Source: Utricularia gibba
Lineage: Eukaryota > Plantae > Magnoliophyta
NCBI GenBank assembly: GCA_002189035.1
Contig: CM007989.1
Location: 2,356,001 to 2,420,000 of the forward strand
DNA: 64,000 nt
Reading direction: 5' to 3'
Numbering within the stretch: the first letter of the stretch is position 1; every line of letters starts with the position of its first letter. The notes beneath the pieces are model-generated. The model made no database searches and was not told the origin of the DNA. It was given only the letters and a program-made list of their open reading frames with translations. The position numbers and the translations under genes are program-made. Shown here piece after piece: positions 1 through 13,295 of the stretch.

Positions 1-33
1 TATTCTATTTCGTTCACATTTTCATGTTTTCAG

Positions 34-1193
34 GCACTGCATGCTAGTACCTCGATTTCAACTGGCATGAAAGGTGCAACTAAGGCAATGACTGCAATGA
101 ACAAGGTAGGTTTTGGGTTGTCATCATATGGTTTAAATATATCTTCAGTATCACTTCGCCAAAGATGGCGCACAATCATTTCATGAGTAATTCTATTTCA
201 GCAAATGGAGCCTGCAAAACAAGCTAAATTGATTAGAGAGTTCCAGAAACAGTCTTCGCAGATGGATATGACGGTAATTTGCAACATTGTCAAGCTGTAT
301 TTAGGATCACCGGGGATGCCTTAACACTCTATCCAGTATGGTGTATCTGCATTATGCATTAAAGATACTATTTTCTTTTCAGATTGAGATGATGTCTGAG
401 GCTATTGATGAGACATTGGACAAGGATGAGGCAGAAGAAGAAACTGAAGAGCTTACTAACCAGGTGAAGAATTACTCCAGCAGAGGAACATATCCCACAC
501 ATTTTGGCCCTTTTAATTAGTTTCTTTTTGCAGGTGCTTGACGAGATTGGCGTGGATATTGCTTCTCAGGTTAGTTTCCTTTAAAGCTGTGTGTGGACAA
601 TCCTCTTTGTGAAGTAGATATACTGGCCTGTGTTATAAAGAAGCAGATATTGACTTGTTCAATCCTCGTAAAACCTTATGATGGAGTTTGACCCTGTTTT
701 TTTTTGGGAACAGTTATCATCAGCCCCAAAAGGAAGGATCGCATCAAGGAAAGCTGAAAATGCTGCTCCCAGTCCCAAGTAAGCATCCTTTTTGGCCTTT
801 GACCTTTAAATTATATAATGGGTGCACTTGCAATCTAGATTGATAGCAACTTTATACCCATTTCTCTAGCGGCTTTGGACCATTTGATTCATTGCTTTGA
901 TGGATTTGGATTTTGCATGAACCAGTTTGATCAGATTTTGATTTTTTTTGTGAGCTCTTGGTTTGGTTTGTTTGCGTTGTTCCTACGAATATGTATGGGA
1001 TTCATTGTAATGGTATTGATTCATTTATACTGCGAATTTTGAGTGTCTCGAGTGTTCTCTCTGCATGCTCATGTTTGTTTTGTTTTCTACCATCAATGCA
1101 TGGCATCCTATTGACAGTAACGCTGCATCTGCATCAACTGATGCTGACGTCGAGGATCTGGAGAAACGGCTAGCATCTCTGCGGAGAACATGA
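34..1193 (+). CDS. VPS2: ESCRT-III subunit VPS2 (Snf7 family, VPS2.2/2.3-like), 5' end outside the window; exons 34-105, 202-273, 383-463, 534-569, 714-778, 1118-1193
   Basis: Spliced at GT-AG sites it reads MKGATKAMTAMNK/QMEPAKQAKLIREFQKQSSQMDMT/IEMMSEAIDETLDKDEAEEETEELTNQ/VLDEIGVDIASQ...DVEDLEKRLASLRRT*, the typical VPS2 C-terminal half with a MIM1-like tail. Confidence 0.92.
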
Positions 1194-1522
1194 CAACATT
1201 ATCAGTCACCACCCCCTGCTTTTATGTATCATCAAACAGATACAGGCTTGTAATGTTTCTATTTACATCGAGGACTACTTCACATCCATTTAGGATCAAA
1301 TGCTATCACTAAACCATAGTTAATATGTTTGGATCATATCATGCATAACAAAAGCTGAAAAATCCCTTCAGTATTTAGCTGCTACAGTCAAATCTCTGAC
1401 TCTTTCAATCAAAAGTTACAAAAATCAACCATTCCCTAACAATTTTTACTGTTGGGAATGACAGCGCTAGCAAGAATTTTGTATGTAATAAGCAAAAGCA
1501 TGTTCTACGAGACAAAGAAAGG

Positions 1523-4500
1523 TCAAGAAGACAAAACATCCGCGGCAGTTACCTTATGCACATCATCAGCTTCTCTAGTCCACTCCCAAATGGGAGTACA
1601 AGGGCTATCCTCCATTCTGCCCACCCTAATACCATCGTCCAGCCTTCTGAATATTGCAATTTGTGATGCAAAACCCGGCTCAACATCACCAGAACCACCA
1701 ACTCCACTGAACTCGACACCATAGTTGTGCCTCGCAGCCAACTCAGATGCCCAATGCTGGAATTGTTGCCTTGTCCACTCAAACTTGTGGTCATGGTTTC
1801 TGAACTTACAGATGGACTGGTTCTTCTCTTCGAGGTCTTCATCATGGCTACTTGGGGCTGATCTCTGGAGGATCGTGTTGTATTCATAGTTTGGTGTGGA
1901 GACAATGAGGATTTTGGGGCAGAAAGAGCCTAGAGTCAAGTCGCCAAATATCCATGCATCTTCTTCCTCCATGTGCTCAATCACCTGATTGTCAAAATAA
2001 AGCATTTTTTCTTTTGGGACACTAAAAATTTTGAGCAATCTTTGAGACTCACCTCCAAACAAGTTGCTATATCACATCTACACAGCCGGTAATCAAACTT
2101 CGTGATGGAACCATCATAAAGCACAGCAGATTTTATTTTGCAAGTTGGGGCTATAGATTCCACCAACTTGTTCAGCTTTGAGTGAATCAACTGCATTAAA
2201 AGTTTTTGTAAATACAAAAAAGATTGGATGCCTGGAAGTCACTTTGCATGCTGACATACCTTAGCTGCCCGAGCAAGTGCCTTTCGTGAAATATCAATGC
2301 CAACAATTTTCTCAAGAGAAGTAGGGTATGACAGCAAAGAATCCAACAAACATCCAGAACCACAACCGAAGTCAATCTGTATCAAAAACTAGTTTCAGTT
2401 TCAAGTGTTGTAGACCTATTATCACACGTGTAAATAATACCAGAAAGACCGCCGATGACTCCTTAATATACTGCACTGCAAACTCAACACGCTGCTTAGA
2501 CAGCGGTGGGCTGAAAAGAGCTTTCTCCATTCGATCTTCCAATGGTTCTGTTATCTGTATTAGATTAACAGTACACTCTAATTTGCAGCTACCTGTGTAT
2601 GAAATATAGAAGAATCAGTGAAGTAGAACAATGTCACAACAAAGGAATCTTAAATCCGTCATGAGGTTCTTACGTGATGATAATAAAATAGAGGCTGCCA
2701 CGGGATCCTTAGCTGCAGCAAGAATGTGCTCAATTGGAGGCAACTCCGCAAGGAAACATGCAGATTGACCGACGGACATTTGCCCTATAGCTGCTTCAAC
2801 TTGTGACATGACAGATTCATTGCCAAACTCAAACTCAAACTCTTCACAGCTTTCTATATGGTGTTTCATGCTATCATCCTCAGTAATTAATGAAATGCTA
2901 TACCTTATAGATGCTAAAGAACCACCAGATGCAGTAATTCCAGAACTTGAACCCTCGATGTTATAGAGGGATGGCTCATAATCCATCGTACTGATATCCA
3001 TGTTTCTACCAAATTCTTGCACATGATGGAGAAATACGAACTCCTTTAGAAAATGATGAGTTGGATGAAGATTGAACCTCTTACCTAGTAAACTCAACTC
3101 TTCCAAAGACATATCTGGATTTTCAAAGAACATGTTCAGCCAACGTAAAACTATCAGAGCAGCTCTCTGCAAAGCATCCGTTTGCTTTCTATGACGCTCT
3201 TGTGGTGAGCACTGCAATATCAGCTCCTGAGTTTTTGTGTATATCTTTACTGCACAACTGTAAGCTTCAGCGGATTGCTGCTGAACCTTATTACCAGCAC
3301 AAAGAGTTCCAACTTTTTTTGGTTGCTCGCCTGAGTGATTGAGAATAACCTCTTTGCAGGATGCAGGCGAATCGTGCAATGAATCTGAAGAATTATTTTG
3401 TAAACAAAATACCGGTTCAGACAAATTGTTATAACGGCAAAATGTACAAAGAGCATCTCTGGGAAGGGAGCCCCTCCAGTTGTTTTTCGCTGTAAACGCT
3501 GAAGGCAACTTAGCAAAAAGTCCTGGAAGCCTGGACACCTTATATCCTCCACTAGGCGTCTTGCTCATGATCATCCTTAAGAAAGGGTAAATCACTATTA
3601 AGAGAAGATACACCAAATAATTAATGTTCCATCATGGGCATATGATAAACATGATTACCTATAATACGATTGCATGGAAACAGATTCGTGATTGAGACTG
3701 GAAGATATCCATGGATACCCCAAAGAAGCCAAAATTGCATCACCATATATATTTTGGTTTGTCAAATAACTCGCCCAGGCATTCAAAGGTCCTTTGGAAT
3801 GAACATCTTTTTCCAGTTGAGAAATGTTGTCCACCTGATCCCGATTTGACGAAGATGAGTATACCCTCATATCAGAATTAGATTTTCCAATTGACCTAAT
3901 AGAATTGAGAAAGGTGGAAAAAAGGTGAAACAACCAGTAAGACATCATGAGAAAACATTCACCAGATACAGAAAAAATTACCTGGAAATCAGAACATCTG
4001 AAGCCTCAGCCACACCTAGTTCACAAGCGATAACATCCAGGTAATAATACGTTGGAGTAAAATTAAGACACAAAGATTCTACAGTTTCCTTAAATGATGA
4101 AGGAATACGTATCACTTCAACAGAAAATGGTTGATGAATTTCTGATTCCTGATTTAATAAGGATAACACCTGAGGAGGATATGGGTTTACCCTCCTCAGT
4201 GAACGTTCTCCATCAGACACAAGTACTGATTCAGTCTGATAAGAAGCTCTTAGGATTAATGACATCAAGAGTTCTGTATTACCCTCAGCAGTTGGATCAA
4301 TGCATTTGCAAATACTGCTTATCTTCGAACCATACACTGCAATCACTGAAATTGGAACAAAACCATTCAGATGGCTCTCTCGTCTTAATGCTGCTCTGAA
4401 GTGACCGCTGAGTGGATGAGGACATGAAAGGAACTTCACCATGTCCAATAAAAATGAGGAAAACTCAATAGTCAAATGGAAGGAAAATGCATTCCTAAAT

Positions 4501-5355
4501 ACTTGTGGAAAAATGGACATGAATGAAGTTCCTAGGTACAACATACATGCAGCCCTAAACCAAGACTATACACGCACCCTCAAAGAAAAGGAAAAAACAG
4601 AATATGAGCATTCAAGAAAATATGCCCCAGCAGCACCTACCTCATTTGAAAATAGAAAAGCAAGGTGACCAGACAAATCCTTCCATGCTTCCTTTATAGT
4701 GGGATTATACTCTTTCTGATGGATTCCCAGCTGCATGACAAACATGCGAACAATTATAAAACAAAAGGAGTCTTTGGTTTATGACATAAACTGTCAAGAA
4801 GTACCTTGTAAAAGGCAGGTGCCCCTTAGAAAAGCACCTCATAAAGAAAAAAAATATATACTTAAGCATAAAAAGACTATCATCTCCCTTTCCATGTTCA
4901 TTGCATACCTATATTATCAGACAAGACTCTCCTATCTTTACATTCATGAGACAAAATTGTAAAGGTCCAAAAATGAGAATTAAATCGAAGCAGGTAATCA
5001 ATCTCATTGTCTCCTAACGATAGTAAACTAAATACATAGCGCTTCAAAGTCAGGAAAAGAAAAAGAGCATGGCAACAACCTCGTCAATAGCCTTTTGCGA
5101 AGCAGATTGTTCAGCCTCCTTTTTCTTCCTAAAAATGTCAGAAACAACCGTAATTTCCGGTAGCTTCAGTGTGCATCGATAAAGACAAGGACCTTTACTA
5201 GGAATTCCTAGGCCTAGAGATCCATTTTCACTGCAATCCAGTACTTCCTCAACCTTATAACATGCTTTGTCACCGTACTTCTGGTGTATTATTGCCTTGG
5301 GGGTCAGTGATGGCTTCTTTCTAGTTACAGCTGGCGAGTTGCCAGCGTCAATCAT
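1523..5355 (-). CDS. HEN1: Small RNA 2'-O-methyltransferase HEN1 (multi-exon)
   Basis: N-terminal dsRBD (TPKAIIHQKYGDKACYKVEEV...YRCTLKLPE), SAM-binding motif IDFGCGSG (~2330-2350), LEVIEHMEE and FRNHDHKFEWTRQQF. The exon junctions I checked are GT-AG and in frame. Confidence 0.96.
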
Positions 5356-5839
5356 TCTCCAATAACGTCACTATATAACCACCAACCTAGTTTTCTCTCT
5401 TGAAAGTTGTGCCTGGAATTGATCTTCAGACAGTTCACACACCCACCGACGGCGCAGCAGCAATAGGCGAGATGGAGTTGCTCGCAGAATCCCAAGCTAG
5501 TGAATGGTAGACGGTAACTAGACGGCGAGATACACGCAAGAAGGCGAATGGGGCTGGAACTCGATTTGAAATGAAAAAGCGGGAAGCCGAACACCGCACT
5601 TAGAGAAGCTGGGTCACTCCTCCTCCTACCCCGTCGCCAAAAGGGTGTACCGCAAGAAAAGAGAAGGCGTAGCGACAAAGTTTGGAACTTTCGCTAGAAA
5701 AGACTTTGACGGTTCAGAGAGGAAGGTGACTGCTCCCGTAACTGAAAGTGCATTCACCATCCACCGGAATTTGCTTTGGAATCCAAGCAGTTGGGCTTTG
5801 CCGGTGCGTAACATTATTTTTATAATCCTTGCTTTTTGA

Positions 5840-8244
5840 AAGTCATGGAATTCTCCAGTTATTTTCAGAATCTCATTCTGCAATTAAAAAAAAAAGGAGA
5901 GAAGACGAGACGTGCTTAAAATTTCATGAATTTTGACATAATTAAATTGAAAGGAATATCATATCATTCACATCTCTTGTCCTGTTTCAACAGGAAGCAG
6001 TTTAAAAGCTCCATCAAGCAGCTGCGTGCGCATTCAACACAGATGGAGTTACAAAGACAGCGGGCCTGCAAGCTAGTTTTATAGACATACATTGATTATG
6101 AGACTAAAGTTCAATGTGTCAAAATCTTACTGCACTGCAGGATCCATTTTGATTCAGTGCATGAACCTAACAATCAAAACAGTGACACTGTTTTCTATGT
6201 GGAGAATTTCACCACTGCATTCGGGTTAGTGTTCAGATAAAGCAACCAAAACCGAGGAACTCGCAGAATCATCCACAAGGGAATAAATAGCTGGTCATCT
6301 ACCAAAACTATGCGCTTTACTTGAAAACTAAAGCAATAAAAGAAAAAAAAAAGCATCATCATGATTTTGGAAAAAAATCCCGCTCCCCTACCCTTGAGAG
6401 TATTGCTTTCTAGTTACTTATGCATACTCCTTTCCTTCTTTATTGATCCTCAGGATTCAAAATCATCCAGCATTGCTGGCAATCTCTTTGCACCCATTTG
6501 GAGCACCTCTTTAAGTCTCTTTTCCACATTACTTCTGATCAATGGCGCGTGACATCTGATTTTTGCTTGAGCAAGCTCCAAATTTAGTCTACTAGTTTAC
6601 CAGCTTCAATCTGCTTCAGTTCCTCCGAATTTTTTAGAGTCTAAAATCTCCAGCAACGTGTTTCTCTCACTTACCACTGTATATATTAGCATCTTTTCTA
6701 ATTCTAGTGAGTTTCATGAGAAGCTAGTTCAAACTGCTTCCAGTCTTTTTCTAATGAAATTAATAGATTATCCAAGTGCATCGCTTTTCTTTCCCATGTT
6801 ATTTCAAAATTAAATATCTTCTGCCTTCGTTTTTTTTCATTTCTTCGTTCTGGAATTCTAAAATAACTTCTCTGTTCGGCAGAATCTCCTTGCACAATAC
6901 ACTGAATTGTCACTCGGTATCCTTCATGACTTTTGTAATAACCAGTCAACTCAATTCTTGCATTACAAAAGACTCAAACTTCGAGTTTTCAACATCTTTA
7001 CGCATGTCACCAGAAACACACAGAGCTTCCTCAGAAGCATCTGAATTCACTAACTGTTCCCTCAGAGAAGAACGTTTCTGCTTCAAGGCGCCTTATATCA
7101 TTTTCTTTTTCAGTTAGGCATTATTTGAGATACTGATTCTGAGAGAGAAAACTATCTAGCTTTTGCTTGAGCTCTACCATGTTTTCAAGATTAATTTCTT
7201 ATGCAGGAAATTTTTCATTCTCCAGAAATAAACTCTTTCATCTTCAAAATGACATCCGCAATCCTCTTTCTCAGCAGTCAAGTACGATGCCATCTTCAAA
7301 TATTCTCGTCTCACACTATAGTACTGTTCAGTTGTATGTTCTATTGCCTTTTCGTGATCTCTCCTTAACGTTATTATGACACCATTAAAAAAATTAACCA
7401 GCCCTCAATTGTAAAGTGTCTCATCTGCTGAAGATCATAGTATCAACTACATGAATATATGTTATGTCCAGTTTCCCATTCCCTTGATCAAAATCATGAG
7501 ATCCATGAGAAAGGAAACCTGTTACGGGGTAACAAGTGCCTTCAGAATTGCATCCAATTGAATTTTCAATCCAATCCACATAACAAACTCCTGATGAACA
7601 CTAACCACAGTTTCTATCACAACATCCTCCACATTATTCAGTGAGGAACAATTATTCTGCCACTCATCATAGCACCTGCGGACAAAGTCCGTAGTTGTTA
7701 CAATCAAGCATTCCAATTTGTCTCATCTGCGTGGTCCCAGCTCTCATTTTCAACTAACTTAGAGGTAGATCTAGAGTTCTTTCCTGCATCAGATTTCCTA
7801 TTAAATTCAATCTCCCTTTCAACCGCATCAAACTGCTCCCTCATTCTATGATCCAAATATCGCAGAGACTGCCTTCCAAGTTTACACCCTTTACGCATCT
7901 CTATCAATGTTGCATTGATATATTTATCAGAGACTACCTCATGGGAGCCAGGAATTCTTTTCAAGCCTGCTACTTCAAGTTCCTTGCCTGGAATCTGATC
8001 AGCCGCCTCTACTTCAATCGCACCAACCATACCCTCTATGACAGAACCACTGACCATACGAGAAATCAATAATCGATCATTGATATCTTCCAAGTTACAA
8101 GAACCTCCTCGGCTGGATTACCTTTCTCCATATCACCATCCTCCAGCATCTCCCCGTATTCACTATTTTTTTTTAATTTGTACCGATCCCATCTCCTTCA
8201 CTAAAAACGCCACCATCAACCACAACCTCTTGACTCCCCATCAT
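5840..8244 (-). pseudogene. WAP: Decayed WPP domain-associated protein (WAP) pseudogene, unprocessed
   Basis: WAP-like peptides in changing frames: LEDINDRLLISRMVSGSVIEGMV, SWDHADET/LECL, SHGSHDFDQ, LRKRIADVILK, FLENEKFPA*, MLDDFES*, and a last-exon remnant NEILKITGEF after a T-rich TGCAG acceptor at ~5879. Stop at codon 24 (8173-8175) and at least six frame switches or stops. Confidence 0.85.
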
Positions 8245-9068
8245 ACTCGTGCAGCCTGAAATACAACCAAGTTCGACCCTAATCAACAAACAAATTCGCC
8301 TCATTCCATGGATGAGAGAATCAAGCTAAAAAAACCCAAATAAAAGAAAAGTAAGATAAAAACTGCAGACACTTAGAAGTCATCAAAGTTCTTGTTAAGC
8401 GTGCATATCAGGAGCCCAGAACACCAAAAAGAACTACCTGAATCAGCTACCCACTTCAAAGCAATATGATACTCTAGGGCTTTGATGACATTGAGCGTCG
8501 GGAGATAAGTAGAGTGAGTGCGACTATTACATAAACTCGCAAGAACCAGGAATAGCCGATTGAGCGGGAGGGGAGCCAAAGAGTTGAAAGGATAAAAGGC
8601 TCGAATTACGAATAATTTACACCAATTGCCATCATCTTCTCTCGTGTTAATGTCTTGAAAGTTGAAACTGGAGGGCAGAACCGGCAGAGAACAGCCTTTA
8701 GAGATCTTATTATTTTATTTACATTGCAAGACTTCCAAACCTCCTTATTTACAAATCCACCCTTTCCTCTTTTTTTCTTTTTCGCCAATAAATGGATAAA
8801 TACTTTTCAAATTGATATCTCAATTTTTAGAAATTAGCTTTCGGTCAATTAGTTTGCCTTATTTGATTAACACCTTATAACAATTTGCAAACAAGCCCAC
8901 CAGTTTATTAAAATGTGAATAATCAATCATTCTGTTGCATGAGATAAGACATATCCACCATGTAAAGAAAACAGTTGGACGAAAACCAGAGGCCATAAAT
9001 AACTTATCCATTGCGGGCATAGAGCAAAAGCTTATCACCAATACATGGCGCAGAAGCAGGGAGCACGA

Positions 9069-11009
9069 TTAGTAGACTTCTACATGCCATTGCTTGTTCT
9101 TCTTCAGCTGGGAGAGCTTCGCCTCCCAGCTTTCCCCTCTCTGCTCTGCAACTCTCTTTAGAGTGTCTTGTATTCCAGGCATCATCCCCTTCAGCCCACA
9201 GAAGTAGATGTGTGCTCCTCCGTCCAGAAGCTTGAAGATTTCATCGCTGTATTCTTCGATTTTATCCTGGACATACATCTTGCCTCCATTCTTGTTCCTT
9301 TCTACCCTGCTAAGAGCACGATTATACCTGAAGTTGTCTGGATAATCGAGAGCATACTTGGAGAACTCGTCATCATAAAGAAGGCTATCGGTGTTGGCTA
9401 CTCCGAGGAAAAGCCAGGCCAGTCCATTGAACTTGAATGTCGGAACCTTCTCCATGAACATTCGACGAAGATAGCCCCTATAAGGAGCCACTCCGGTGCC
9501 GGTGGCAATCATGATGTGAGTGCTGTTCGGGTTGTCTTCAGGCAAAAGCATTATCTTGCCAGAAGGACCTGTAGAAGACAGCAACATTAGCTACAAGTGA
9601 AAGAAAATGGTACCAACCAGGAATCCTAAAATATCCCAAGAATTTCTATTACGCAACACGATTTAGCAGAGACATATTCAGAAAGTGTAATGTTAACGAA
9701 AGTTTTTCACAATCTTAAAGAGAACAAGTGCACCATTAACAACTTATGGCATGATAACGCATATAAGTGATTTTGTGGGCTAGTGAAACAATGCAGGACT
9801 TAATTTCCAGAAATCTCGGATTATAATACCAGATTAGAATGCATACAGTTTTACAAAAGAAAATATGAGCTTCCTAGGAGATCCCACCTGCAATCTGAAC
9901 CTTGTCACCAGGTTTGGAATCACACAAAAAGTTGCTGCAAACTCCTTTTTTAGAGGGATCTTCTTTCCCAGTTTCTGGATCATAGTACACAGCACGTCGA
10001 ACACACAGGCTAGCCGTCCTACCATCGAAGGAGTCTCCATACCTAGTAGAAGCTATAGAGTATAGTCGAACATTATGCGGGCTCCCAGGTTTTTTTGGAT
10101 TTTCACCCTATCACACATGAGGGAAGCAGTTACAATTCATGAAAAATAACAAAATCGTCAAACATTTGAAGCTTTGTTAACAACATCACAAAACGTAGTG
10201 TACTATATTAAGCACGTAGCAAAAACTGCTCAACCGAACTTAAAAGGAAAGGATTAATGAAACACACAGGTGGAATAATCCCATAACTCTGTCCTTCCCA
10301 GTAGGGAACATTTCCTCCATGATCTATGACAATGTGACAAGTCTCCCCAGGAGCTTGAGGGCCAACTATTCTTTCAACAGATACAATAGTTCCAGTATAA
10401 GGTTCCTTGTTTCTGTACACATGAAGTGGTGGTTCTTTTGCATCTTCTAAACTCAATGGTGAAATCTCAACTTTACGTTTAGATTCCTGCGCCAGTGACA
10501 TGCAAATAACTGACCGGCCCCTAGACTCCAATGATGCTACGTTGATTCCCAGTGGTTGCAGCAAAGCCAACGATTTACCCCGGACATAAGCATCATGACA
10601 CTGTACAAAATTACAAGGGTCGTATCAACACTACTTGCAGGTATCGAAATGCGAATATATGGCGCATAAATCAAGAAAACGAAGCCATTCATCAGAAAAT
10701 CTGCCCCACATTCAATGTAAAACAAGCCACGCATACCAAATTTGATACCAATATCCATCAACATACACTGAAGGAAAAAAATCATAAGAATAGTAGGTAC
10801 ACTTCACGTAACCTTGAGGTGAGATTTGGGTTGAGATGCATCGTTTCTGAAATTAACCGCGAAAACGACCTGCAAACATAAAAAAAAAAAAAAAAAAACA
10901 TTCGATACATTCAATATGACTCCTGCAATACCATAGTAGACAAAAAAAAAGCAGGAAACAAGTCGAAAAACACCATAAGAATTACCCGAGGAACAGCTGA
11001 AAAAGCCAT
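9069..11009 (-). CDS. RFNR: Ferredoxin-NADP+ reductase, root-type, plastid; exons 11009-10986, 10869-10813, 10600-10268, 10107-9888, 9568-9069 (377 aa)
   Basis: Motifs [26 protein letters not shown] and terminal QWHVEVY. Exon lengths sum to 1134 nt, in frame. Transit peptide spread over exons 1-3. Confidence 0.97.
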
Positions 11010-11385
11010 GCTTGAAATCAAAATTGCCAAAAAAACTGCTCACGGAGCAGTTTCTTTCTACTCAACCTAGGACGCCCGGAAATGCGAAGAGTCTAATGAT
11101 CATTGGCTCGACCTTCCGTCAACACCAAGAGACATGTCGATCCTCATTGGTTCACGGGGACGATTCGTGTCTCATTCAGGGCCGTGATCCACATTCTTAG
11201 CCCAGGCCCATTTTTGAAACCTTTTACCTCAAAAGCCCATATAACCGATTAACTGCTTTTCGAACCGGATCCACATTCACATTCACATCCACAGTAGATT
11301 TACTTGAAAACGATACACATACCAAGCCTGTGTAAGAGTGCACAAGAGGATAACACAATCCATGGCCTCAGGTCAAACACATCAA

Positions 11386-12896
11386 TCAGGGCACGTTCTT
11401 TTTAACTGGAGGAGGCCAAGACAGTCTTCTCTGAGACGAGGCATCAGTTTGGTTTGCAATGCCAGCTTCATTCCGGACATCAACGCCTTGTTGTTGCTGC
11501 TCACTGCCTTCCCTTGAAAGGCTTCCGGTGGTGAAGTCGTCGAAGCTCGGCTCGCTTTTCCAGGGCAATGGAGTTGTGCAGTCAGATGCGGCTGCTGTTC
11601 TTTGGGAGGAACGACCAACTCTCAGGGATTGAAGTTTGGCAAATGACTCCCGCATTGCTGTCATGGCTTCAAAGAGACGGGTGCATGATGCCAATGCGAC
11701 GGGGATCGGCCGGAGCATTTCCTATAGTTAGAATGGGTGCCAGATGTGAGAAATAGTTCTCCACCCGAAGCTTTTTTCTTTCTGGCAAGTAAATAGAAAC
11801 AATTAGATGGCTCTTACACTCCAAACTGTAGGGGGTTCTTCAAAGTTTTGAGTCCACTGAAAATCTGCAACAGAAGCTGTCAAGGCTCCATAATCACTGG
11901 CTGCTCTCATCAGCAACTCCGAAAATTGTTTCTGAGCCATTATGGAAAACATATTTCAATAAACAATCAAATCCTAAAAGTTAAGACCAGAGAGTTGAAG
12001 ATTCCACAGATATAATAGCAACTTCAGGCATGCTATTCAAGTAAACTCAGGAGTAAGTGAACAAAAACTAAGGAGTAGTACCTGATATTCAGCCTCCACT
12101 GGTATGCAGTCAAGTGAATAAGGTTGCTGGAGTCGAGCTATAATCCGATCCTGTGAGGCAAGTAGATAAGCTCATAGGTAAATTACAATGCTGAAGCAGG
12201 TACCAGTCAAAAGGATAGACAATGGTCAATATAGCAACTAAATTAAAGGAGTAAGTTTCATAATTTCTGCTAAAAGATGACAACGGAGGCAGAATAGAAA
12301 ACTCCAGGTCTAACAACGGTTGCAGCAGTGACATCGCTAATCACCTTATTCTGAATAACATCCTTCAGTATGGTAGTGATCCGAGCTAAGGTCTCTATCT
12401 TCTTCTCCATTTCACTTACATGCGTTAAATGAGCAACGTTCCTATCTTCCTACAAAAGTTCAGACAAGCTTATGAAACCCCCAAATCACACAGCCAACCG
12501 TCAAACCTAAACCCCGATAAGAGAACCAAAAATAACTATTTTAATCGCAAAGGAAATTCAAAATTCATTACCTTTCTACCCTGAAGCTCAACTTGCAGAT
12601 CCGCTATTTTTCTCTGCACAGCAGTCAATTCTCTCAAGATCCTTATCAAGTCATCCCCTTTTTCGCCAGTACCCGCAGAAACATTCTGACTATCCTCCTA
12701 ATCCCACGATAATCCATTTCAAATTACATTTCAAAATTTCACAAACGACAGAAACGAAAACGCGTCACAAGACCTGTGAGGGAAGCTGAGAAACGGAGAA
12801 TCCAAGATCGGCGGCGATGTACAGGGCATCCGACAGTCCTCCAGCTCTTCTGAGTGGCTTCTTTCCCACCCACGCGGCGTCGCTGCCCGTCGACAT
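11386..12896 (-). CDS. AUG2: AUGMIN subunit 2; exons 12896-12774, 12697-12572, 12449-12345, 12150-12082, 11931-11818, 11721-11386 (290 aa)
   Basis: WVGKKPLRR...[29 protein letters not shown]...[15 protein letters not shown]...[11 protein letters not shown]. Exons sum to 873 nt. Confidence 0.94.
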
Positions 12897-13027
12897 TGTC
12901 CTGGATATTTTCACGTTGCTGCAACTTTGAATAAAACAATTTGAAATCCGAAGCCCGATTACCCGCTACCAACGGTCGCCGTGCCGCCCCCCGTAGACGT
13001 GATGATAGATCGGCCGCTGGTCTTCAC

Positions 13028-13057
13028 AGCCCATTACACCTATTGGGCCGTAGCCCA
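13028..13057. promoter_or_regulatory. Cluster of three site II (TGGGCY) motifs upstream of AUG2
   Basis: AGCCCA 13028-13033, TGGGCC 13044-13049, AGCCCA 13052-13057, 130-160 bp upstream of the AUG2 ATG. Site II motifs are typical of proliferation and housekeeping promoters. Confidence 0.5.
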
Positions 13058-13295
13058 ACTTAAACCAATTTTCTCTTGTTTTATCCTAATAAATATATCG
13101 ATAATGTTTTATTATTACACTCATTTTTTATATGTTTATTATTTTTTTGTTGGTGGAATTATTATTTATTATATAAAACATTTCAAATGAAAACAGAATA
13201 CCCAAAAAAAAAAAAAATTGTGAAAATTCATTGGTTGGCGTGGGGGTGATCGGCAGTCTTTCTCAACGGTGAACCGTACGGATGGTGATAAACGG

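Noticed and set aside
5352-5883. 108-aa and 85-aa minus-strand ORFs upstream of HEN1
   Set aside because: They lie in the HEN1 leader/promoter. Only the first ~12 codons of the 85-aa ORF are explained, as the WAP last-exon remnant.
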